Assembly: GCA_965215605.1 (NCBI GenBank)
Contig: OZ244070.1
Coordinates: 1,344,001-1,408,000, forward strand
Length of the DNA stretch: 64,000 nucleotides
Source of the DNA: an uncultured Candidatus Binatia bacterium
GTDB lineage: Bacteria > Desulfobacterota > Binatia > UBA9968 > JAJDTQ01
Reading direction: 5' to 3'
The notes beneath the pieces were generated by a model. That model was not told where the DNA came from and ran no database searches. It worked only from the letters and a program-made list of their open reading frames with translations. Positions 57,208-64,000 of this stretch are shown here, one piece after another. Numbering within the stretch: position 1 is the first letter of the stretch; each line of letters starts with the position of its first letter. The position numbers were made by a program, and so were the translations under genes.

Positions 57208-57941
57208 GGGCGATGCTGTTCGCGGCCGGGCTGGGCACGCGGCTCCGGCCCCTCACCGACAGCCTGCCCAAGTGCCTGGTGCCGGTGAACGGCCGGCCCA
57301 TGATCGACTACCCGCTGCTGCTGCTGCGCCACTACGGCGTCCGCGAGATCGTGGTCAACGTGCACCACTTCGCGGACCGGGTGGAGGACTACCTGGGAGA
57401 CGGCTCCCGCTTCGGCGTGGAGGTCGCGTACTCCAGGGAAGAGACCCTGCTGGACACCGGCGGCGGCCTGCTGGGGGCGCGTCGGTTCCTGGATGACGGC
57501 ACCTTCGTGGTGGTGAACAGCGACGTGCTGATCGATCTGCGGCTGGACCAGGTGCTGCTGTTTCACCGGCGGCGGCAGGCGGCCGCCACCCTGGTGCTGC
57601 GGAAGGATCCGGAAGCGGAGGCCTACGGGGCCATCTGGACGGACGGACGGGGCGTCATCGGGCGGTTGCTGGAACACGAGGCGCCCGGCCGGCCCTCGGG
57701 GAAGCTGGAACGGTACATGTTCACCGGCGTCCACGTGCTGGAGCCGGACATCTTCCGATACATGGAGGGCGCGGAGCCTTTCAGCATAACGCGGTCAACG
57801 TATCCGGCGATGCTCAGGGGAGCCGAGCGGCTGTGCGGCTTTCGGTTCGACGGTGAATGGCAGGACCTGGGGACCCGCGAGCGGCTCAGCGCCACGGAGC
57901 AGCGGCTCCGGGACGGCGCCTGGAAGCCGCACTTTCTCTAA
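57204..57941 (+). CDS. murU: MurU-like nucleotidyltransferase
   Basis: AAGLGTRLRPLT..PK, LDTGGG, WQDLGT; GTGA overlap with amgK. Confidence 0.8.
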   Translation: MRAMLFAAGLGTRLRPLTDSLPKCLVPVNGRPMIDYPLLLLRHYGVREIVVNVHHFADRVEDYLGDGSRFGVEVAYSREETLLDTGGGLLGARRFLDDGTFVVVNSDVLIDLRLDQVLLFHRRRQAAATLVLRKDPEAEAYGAIWTDGRGVIGRLLEHEAPGRPSGKLERYMFTGVHVLEPDIFRYMEGAEPFSITRSTYPAMLRGAERLCGFRFDGEWQDLGTRERLSATEQRLRDGAWKPHFL

Positions 57942-57988
57942 CCGCCCGGATTCTTGAGGGCACGGGCATTTCGTCCAGGGTGGGCGGG

Positions 57989-58372
57989 TTATTGGTTCCC
58001 CTGATGGGCCGGCACGGGAAACCTCGCCAAGATCGCATTCATGGTGCCAGCCATGTCATCGAACCTCCGGTTCATGCGACTCTCCAACTGGACAAACCGG
58101 TCATCGATCTGCTTGAACCGGTCATCAATTTGTTTGAACCTGTCATCGATACGATCAAACTGGCGTTCCAGACGCCGCTCCATGCGATCGAACCGGCCGT
58201 TGATTTCGGTGTACAGGGACTGAAAGTTGTCGATCCGCCCGTCCAGCCGGTTGACCTCGGGTGTGACCTGGGCGTTGATGGCCCACAAACCCAACGCCGC
58301 CAGCGATGCAAACACCGTCACAGCAGCGGCGATCACGCCGGCATATTCCTTCAGCCTCTCCATGGTCCTCAT
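57989..58372 (-). CDS. Small TM-anchored coiled-coil protein, copy 1
   Basis: N-terminal TM; heptads FDRIDDR/FKQIDDR; GAGG upstream. Confidence 0.75.
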   Translation of the reverse strand: MRTMERLKEYAGVIAAAVTVFASLAALGLWAINAQVTPEVNRLDGRIDNFQSLYTEINGRFDRMERRLERQFDRIDDRFKQIDDRFKQIDDRFVQLESRMNRRFDDMAGTMNAILARFPVPAHQGNQ

Positions 58373-58469
58373 TCCTCACTTTCAGTGTATGAATGAAGAA
58401 TCGGCCGGTCAAGTATTTTCTTTAGCCCGAAGGCGGGACCGTCGATGGCGAGGGCGATGTTGTTGAGGG

Positions 58470-58832
58470 TTATTGGTTCCCCTGATTGGCCGGCACGGGA
58501 AACCTCGCCAAGATCGCATTCATGGTGGCAGCCATGTCATCGAACCTCCGGTTCATGCGACTCTCCAACTGGACAAACCGGTCATCGATCTGCTTGAACC
58601 GGTCATCGATACGGTCAAACTGGCGTTCCAGACGCCGCTCTATGCGATCGAACCGGCCGTTGATTTCGGTGTACAGGGACTGAAAGTTGTCGATCCGCCC
58701 GTCCAGCCGGTTGACCTCGGGTGTGACCTGGGCGTTGATGGCCCACAAACCCAACGCCGCCAGCGATGCAAGCACCGTGACAGCAGCGGCGATCACGCCG
58801 GCATATTCCTTCAGTCTCTCCATGGTCCTCAT
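58470..58832 (-). CDS. Small TM-anchored coiled-coil protein, copy 2 (one heptad shorter)
   Basis: Near-identical to 57989-58372. Confidence 0.75.
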   Translation of the reverse strand: MRTMERLKEYAGVIAAAVTVLASLAALGLWAINAQVTPEVNRLDGRIDNFQSLYTEINGRFDRIERRLERQFDRIDDRFKQIDDRFVQLESRMNRRFDDMAATMNAILARFPVPANQGNQ

Positions 58833-59033
58833 TCCTCGCTTTCAGTGTATGAATGAAGAATCGGCCGGTCAAGTATTTTCTTTAGCCCAAAGGCGGGACC
58901 GTCGATGGCGAGGGCGATGTTGTTGAGGACGGCGTGTTGGCGGGTTGCAATCGGCCTTGCCGAGAATTAGAATTCTGGAACGCGCTTTAGAATTTGTGCT
59001 CCTTGCCGATTGATAGAGGCAAGGAGGATTGTC

Positions 59034-59579
59034 ATGACCGAATTCGAAACCGCAACCGTTGCCTACCAGAACTCTACCATAGCCTTCCAGACTGCCACGA
59101 CGGCCTTCCAGGAAGCTACGATGGCCTTCCAGGAGGCTACGATGGCCTTTCAGAATGCTACGCTGGCCCATCAGGCCACGGCATTGTCCTATCAGGCAAC
59201 CGCGTTGTCCTATCAGTATGCCGAACTGTGGATCTCCGGTAGTGTCGGAGCCGCCCAGTGCCTCCTCATCGGGTTCGGGCTTTGGTTCATGAACCGGTCG
59301 GCCAAGCGGCGAGACGTGCAGCACGCGGAAATGATGGCCGTTTATGCGAAGCGGCACGAGGAAGCCATGGCCGCCGATGCGAAGCGGCACGAGGAAGCCA
59401 TGACCGCCGATACGAAGCGGCACGAGGAAGCCATGGCCGCCGATACGAAGCGACACAACGAAGTCATGACCGCCGTTGCGAAGCGGCACGATGAGTTCAT
59501 GGCGAAACACGAAGAGGTCATGGCCGCCTTGGCACTGGGCCACAAGGAAGTCATGGCTGCGCTCTCACAACCCCAGTAG
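59034..59579 (+). CDS. Single-pass repeat protein (7-aa repeats, TM, 11-aa repeats)
   Basis: AGGAGG upstream; about eight ATxA(F/Y)Qx-type units, QCLLIGFGLWFM, then about six KRHEEAMAADx-type units. Confidence 0.78.
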   Translation: MTEFETATVAYQNSTIAFQTATTAFQEATMAFQEATMAFQNATLAHQATALSYQATALSYQYAELWISGSVGAAQCLLIGFGLWFMNRSAKRRDVQHAEMMAVYAKRHEEAMAADAKRHEEAMTADTKRHEEAMAADTKRHNEVMTAVAKRHDEFMAKHEEVMAALALGHKEVMAALSQPQ

Positions 59580-59685
59580 GCTGGCGCCCCGGGTGACGTT
59601 GTGTGGAGGCGGAGTGAGGTTATGTGGAGACCGGGGTGGGTTGTGTGGAGGCCACGGCTTGAGGTTTGCCGTTGCGGTTCCTTGG

Positions 59686-60348
59686 TCAGCGGTTCCTGTC
59701 CCTGCTGTTGTCTCTCTTGCCTTCCAGGTATTCGCTGTGCTCTTTGTCCGTCTCTGCTTCGTAGAGTTGCTGGGCGATTCGGTACAGCAGGTCCTCGCCC
59801 GCCACGATGAGCGCCGATTTCCGTGAAACGCCTTCGCGGGCCAGGGAAATGTTGCGCCGCAACGCCCTGCGGACCGCTCCCTTCACGTCCCAGAACTCCG
59901 CGGTGTACTCCCGGTAGCCATCGCGAGTCGCCCTGGCGAGCAGCGTCAGCCCGCCCTTGAAGCTCGCGAGACCGCTGTCGTCTTCGCCCTGCCGGAATTG
60001 GGTCAACCCCAACACCAGCCACCCGATCTCGTCGTTCTTGTTGACCGCCAAAGCGCGCTTGAGCACCTCCAGCGCCGCGGTGTACCGGCCCATGTGGTAG
60101 TAGGCCCGTCCGAGCTGCGTCAGGCTGTCCCGGTAGGTGGGGTCGCGGCTGACCACGTACTGGAGATCCACGATGGCCTTCCGCGGGTTGCCGCCCTGCC
60201 GGCTCTTGCTCAGCTCGTTGACCGCGTCGATGTACTTTCCGCCCACGCCGATGCCGGCCGGCCTCCAGCAGCCCGCCAGACCAGCCGCCGCCAGCGCCAA
60301 CACCATAAACTTGACCGTCAACCGGCTTATCCTCTTGCCCGAATCCAT
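59686..60348 (-). CDS. TPR-containing lipoprotein
   Basis: GLAGC lipobox; TPR helices LGRAYYHMGRY and LGLTQFRQG. Confidence 0.75.
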   Translation of the reverse strand: MDSGKRISRLTVKFMVLALAAAGLAGCWRPAGIGVGGKYIDAVNELSKSRQGGNPRKAIVDLQYVVSRDPTYRDSLTQLGRAYYHMGRYTAALEVLKRALAVNKNDEIGWLVLGLTQFRQGEDDSGLASFKGGLTLLARATRDGYREYTAEFWDVKGAVRRALRRNISLAREGVSRKSALIVAGEDLLYRIAQQLYEAETDKEHSEYLEGKRDNSRDRNR

Positions 60349-60454
60349 TCTGCGATCTCCACGAATCCCGGACGTTCCCCGAACGCCACCCGTCCAATAC
60401 CGTACTCTCTGACCATATAAGCGAAGTCCCTTTCGCGGTCAAACAATGCTCCAG

Positions 60455-60494
60455 GCAAAAAAAGGGCCGCCCGATCAGGGCGGCCCTTTTTTGC
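60455..60494. terminator. Bidirectional intrinsic terminator
   Basis: AAAAAAAGGGCCGCCC-GATCA-GGGCGGCCCTTTTTT directly after the stop of the porin gene. Confidence 0.9.
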
Positions 60495-60510
60495 TTGAGT
60501 GAGCGACAGC

Positions 60511-62088
60511 CTAGAACCGGTACTCTGCTGCCAGAGTGAAGGTGTTGAAGCTGTCGGCACCCGTCCGTGAGGCTACGGCATCGAAGTCGGCGTGACACAC
60601 CGCCATGTCGCAACTGTAGTTGTCCCAGATACCGCTGAGCTTGAGCCAGCCGCCGGGGACATAGAAGTCGACGATGAGGCTCGTGTTGGTGATCTCGCCG
60701 CCCTTCCTAAGAACGCGCGTATCAGGGGTTGTGTCGGTGGCACTGTCGTCAGTCATCTCTGGGTTATCACCTGGGGTCATTTGATGCATGACCATGGTTC
60801 CGCGCTTCTTGATGTCGACAACGGTGTATGTCGGAGCGACTGAAATTCCGCCTTCGCTCGAGCTACCGCCCAATGTGCCGGTCTTGGGACTCCACAGCCA
60901 CATACGGACCCCAAGCCCCAACTCGTTGACTTCGCGATCCTCCATATCGGGCGTCGACGCTGCAACTCCTCGCGTCGAAAGATTCGGCCCGACCAACGTG
61001 TCTTTTCCCTTGACCTCTTCGTTGGTGTAGGAGAGTTTCTCCGCTGCGTAGGTCACCGCCTTCATGCCCGCATCCGCGTCGGCGTCCCACTTGACCATAT
61101 GGGCGGTCAGATTCAGGAACTTCACGGGGCTCCAATCCAGACTGTGGCCGTAGTACTTGTGGTCGCCCATTACTGTCCCGATGTCTGCCAACTTGACCGA
61201 CTTCGTCCTGTGGACGGTCCCGAGCGTGCCGACGCCTTCATTGTACCCGTCCTTAAGGCTCTCGTACGCGAACTTGTACGTGAAGCTGCTCATGTTGATG
61301 CCGCCCATCCCGTCCTTTGCGCCGCCCATGGGCTTGATGCCGATGGAGGCCGCGAACGAACGGGAATCGTCGGTGGTGGGCGGAGAGGAGCCGTACTCGT
61401 CCAGCTCGTCGTGGCCCATGGCGAAGTTCAGGTGAGAGATCTTGGCCAGCCCCATGGCGGGAAGGCTCTTCCACGACAGCACGATGCTGCCGTCCTGCGC
61501 GCCGCCCATGGCGAGGGCGTCGGAGAAGATCGCGTCTTCAGCGCTGAACAGGCTCTTGGAAATGCCCGAGAAAGAGGGGTTGTAGCCCCATCCCAGACTG
61601 GGCATGAACGGGTTGATCTTGTTGAAGTTCAGATAGCCGTCACCGTCGAAAGCGACGGTGGTCTTGCCGTTGAACGTCCAGTTCACGGCATAGAACCCCT
61701 GCTGCGAGGTAACGTTGATGGACGGCCGGAAACGGCGCACACGCATCTGACCGTTCTGGTAGCCATCCTTGACGTTGTCGTCCGACGTGTAGAAAGTCGA
61801 ATAGACCTGCAGGCGCTGCCCGAACTTGATGCTCCAGTTGTTGTCCGCCGCGGCGATGGTGAGGCCTTTGCCGGCCTTGTAGCTGAACTTCGGTGCCTTC
61901 ATCTCGGCCGCGAGGGCGCGGTCTTCGCTGGCGACCTGGTTCTGCTTCAACTGGGCAAGCTCGCGCTCAAGGGCTTCGATCCGGGTATCGACGTCAGCCG
62001 CCTGAACGGGAGACGCCACGAGCGCCATCGCTCCCATAAAAACCAGGGCACTCGCCAATCCTAATGCCCTCTTCGCGATGTTGGTCAT
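60511..62088 (-). CDS. Outer-membrane porin-like protein (OprO/OprP-like N-terminal layout)
   Basis: AAGGAGGAGG upstream; signal peptide ending VQA; short coiled coil; GGRLQ-like FGQRLQ and VRRFRP; C-terminal AEYRF. Confidence 0.72.
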   Translation of the reverse strand: MTNIAKRALGLASALVFMGAMALVASPVQAADVDTRIEALERELAQLKQNQVASEDRALAAEMKAPKFSYKAGKGLTIAAADNNWSIKFGQRLQVYSTFYTSDDNVKDGYQNGQMRVRRFRPSINVTSQQGFYAVNWTFNGKTTVAFDGDGYLNFNKINPFMPSLGWGYNPSFSGISKSLFSAEDAIFSDALAMGGAQDGSIVLSWKSLPAMGLAKISHLNFAMGHDELDEYGSSPPTTDDSRSFAASIGIKPMGGAKDGMGGINMSSFTYKFAYESLKDGYNEGVGTLGTVHRTKSVKLADIGTVMGDHKYYGHSLDWSPVKFLNLTAHMVKWDADADAGMKAVTYAAEKLSYTNEEVKGKDTLVGPNLSTRGVAASTPDMEDREVNELGLGVRMWLWSPKTGTLGGSSSEGGISVAPTYTVVDIKKRGTMVMHQMTPGDNPEMTDDSATDTTPDTRVLRKGGEITNTSLIVDFYVPGGWLKLSGIWDNYSCDMAVCHADFDAVASRTGADSFNTFTLAAEYRF

Positions 62089-62302
62089 GTCCTCCTCCTT
62101 GTGGGTAAAAATAGACCTGCCTAAAAAATTACGCATTGGAGCGTTTTACTAATTCTACGGACGGTAAGCAATGGTCGGAAAGTACTGTTTTATATCCAGG
62201 GACGCCGAATGTCGCTCGATTGGCAGGTCAAAGGTTGCAGTTTTCGACGAAAATGGATAGGTATTCCTTGTTGGGCGTTACGCCTTGCGGGAGAAACCGT
62301 TC

Positions 62303-62965
62303 ATGGACTCGATAAAGGTTGCAATTGCCGATGATCATACCCTGTTCCGCGCCGGATTGAAACGGCTGCTGGCGCGGGAAAAGGACCTAGTGGTGACGGG
62401 CGAGGGAGAGAGGGCGGAGGAGGTCGGGTCCGCAGTGGCCAGGGGCAAGGCGGACGTGCTGCTGCTGGACCTCAGGATGCCCGGAGGGGAAGCGGTGCAG
62501 ACGCTGCTGGAGCTTGGGGAAAGGCACCCGGAGACGCGAACGGTGATCCTCACCGCGTTCGACGACGAGGACGCGGTGCTGGAGACGGCCAAGGCCGGGG
62601 CGCGGGGCTACGTGCTCAAGGGGGTGTCGCCCACAACCCTGTTCCAGGTCATCCGGACCGTTCACCAGGGCGGCATCTGGATCGACCCGGGGCTGCCCCA
62701 GGCCGCCGAGTTCACGGCCATCGCGGCGCGCCATGCCCAGGCGCGGCCGGCGAAGAAGGAGCCCGACGGCATCGACGCCCTGAGCCGGCGGGAGCTGGAG
62801 GTGCTGAAGCTCGTGGCCGAGGGCCTGTCCAACCAGGAGGTGGCGAACCGCACCTACATCAGCGAGCACACGGTGAAGAACCACCTGAACAAGATCTACG
62901 AGAAGCTCGGGGTGGAGAGCCGGATCAAGGCGGCGCTGGCGTTCATCCGGCGGCGGCAGGGGTAG
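62303..62965 (+). CDS. NarL/LuxR-family response regulator
   Basis: IADDH, LLDLRMP, ILT, GYVLK, LSRRELEVL..GLSNQE..TVKNH. Confidence 0.94.
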   Translation: MDSIKVAIADDHTLFRAGLKRLLAREKDLVVTGEGERAEEVGSAVARGKADVLLLDLRMPGGEAVQTLLELGERHPETRTVILTAFDDEDAVLETAKAGARGYVLKGVSPTTLFQVIRTVHQGGIWIDPGLPQAAEFTAIAARHAQARPAKKEPDGIDALSRRELEVLKLVAEGLSNQEVANRTYISEHTVKNHLNKIYEKLGVESRIKAALAFIRRRQG

Positions 62966-62978
62966 GGACCGGGGGCCG

Positions 62979-64000
62979 TTACGGGAGCGCCGCGCGCTCC
63001 GTCCCTCTGGCTTCGTCCACGCGGTACACCAGGGCGAGGCCGATGACGAAGAACACCACCACCACGGCCATGCCGGCGCGCTGGGAGGCGAACAGGCGGG
63101 TCAGTTCGCCCAGCAGGAAGGGGCCCATGAAGGCGGTGGCCTTGCCGGAGAAGGCGAACAGGCCGTAGAACTCGTTCCGCCTGGCGGGCGGCACGAAGCG
63201 GCCCATGAGGGAGCGGCTGGCGGCCTGATTGGGGCCGCCGCAGAGGCCGATGAGGAGCCCGGCAGCCCAGAAGAGCGCCCGGCTGCGGGTGAGGAGCGCG
63301 GTGGAGGCGGCCACGATGAGCCCAGTCAGGCTGATCTGGATGGTGCGCTTGCCGCCCAGCCAGTCGTCCACGAACCCCAGGCCGAAGGCGCCGATGCCCG
63401 CGGCCACGTTGAGCACGAGGCCGAACACCAGCAACTCCTCGAAGGTGAAGCCGAAGGCGCCGGCGGCGTAGATGCCGCCGAAGGCGAAGACGGTGTTGAG
63501 GCCGTCGGCGTAGAAGAGGCGGGCCAGCAGCAGGCGGAAGATGTCGGGGTAGCGGCGGATCGCGCGGAAGGTGGCGGCGAGCTGGCGGAGGGAGCCGGCC
63601 AGGGACGCGCCCGAGGCGCCGGCGGGCGCGCGCCTTTCCTTCACCCACAGGAACAGCGGCAGGCTGAAGACGGCAAACCACACGGCCACCAGCAGGTTGG
63701 TGGCGCGGATGTGCTGGTGGCCCTCCTTCGAGAACCCGAACCAGGGGGTCTCGGCGTCCACGAAGCCCACCAGCGCCAGCGCCAGGGCGGACAGGCCGCC
63801 GGCGTAGCCCAACGCCCAGCCGTAGCCCGACACCCGCCCGATGCGGTCCGGCGGCGCCACCTCGGGCAGGAAGGCGTTGTAGAAGACCCCGGCCATCTCG
63901 AAGGCGATGTTGCCCAGGGTGAACCAGAACAGCGCCCACGCCACCTGACCGGGGGCGGCGGTGTAGAGCATGGCCGCGCCCGCCACGGCGACGGCGGTGA
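62979..64000 (-). CDS. MFS transporter (UMF1/ATG22-like), 5' end outside the window
   Basis: FYNAFLP, GRVSGYGWALGY, QAASRSLM, EFYGLFAFSGK; multiple TMs. Confidence 0.88.
   Translation of the reverse strand, partial: TAVAVAGAAMLYTAAPGQVAWALFWFTLGNIAFEMAGVFYNAFLPEVAPPDRIGRVSGYGWALGYAGGLSALALALVGFVDAETPWFGFSKEGHQHIRATNLLVAVWFAVFSLPLFLWVKERRAPAGASGASLAGSLRQLAATFRAIRRYPDIFRLLLARLFYADGLNTVFAFGGIYAAGAFGFTFEELLVFGLVLNVAAGIGAFGLGFVDDWLGGKRTIQISLTGLIVAASTALLTRSRALFWAAGLLIGLCGGPNQAASRSLMGRFVPPARRNEFYGLFAFSGKATAFMGPFLLGELTRLFASQRAGMAVVVVFFVIGLALVYRVDEARGTERAALP

Larger units (their letters stand above)
57986..58928. repeat. Direct tandem duplication (481-bp and 460-bp units)
   Basis: Both units start GGGTTATTGGTTCCCCTGAT and end GGCGATGTTGTTGAGG; they differ by one 21-bp repeat and a few substitutions. 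Confidence 0.93.

Noticed and set aside
59598-59665. Three loose TGTGGAG-containing repeats of about 21 bp
   Set aside because: Too degenerate and short to assign a function; resemblance to the repeats near 52720 may be chance.

Overview
High-GC, gene-dense bacterial chromosome segment. The gene set (outer-membrane barrels, TPR and LolB-like lipoproteins, AmgK-MurU) indicates a diderm. The rph-tRNA-tig and dprA-trmFO contexts and the small repeat-encoded coiled-coil genes suggest a Deltaproteobacteria-like/Binatia-like, possibly host-associated organism (inference only). Most of the window is housekeeping: tig, five tRNAs, rph, a PDH/lipoylation cluster, ilvE, trmFO, dprA, der, era, greA, peptide ABC genes, ligA, rsmI, a split NAD synthetase and amgK-murU. 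The most notable locus is a translationally coupled 7-gene operon (34.6-41.3 kb). It encodes a GlmL/MutL-type actin-fold ATPase with no B12 mutase subunits in this window, together with four membrane proteins and two soluble unknowns, and is a candidate uncharacterised ATP-driven membrane machine. Also of interest are a MoxR/DUF58/triple-VWA fusion operon, a YejE-YejF fusion, five small membrane-anchored repeat coiled-coil genes (two from a recent tandem duplication), REP-like palindromes and a G-rich VNTR joined to a perfect 28-bp hairpin. No CRISPR array, rRNA, transposase or prophage was seen. All calls are from reading motifs by eye; no searches were run.
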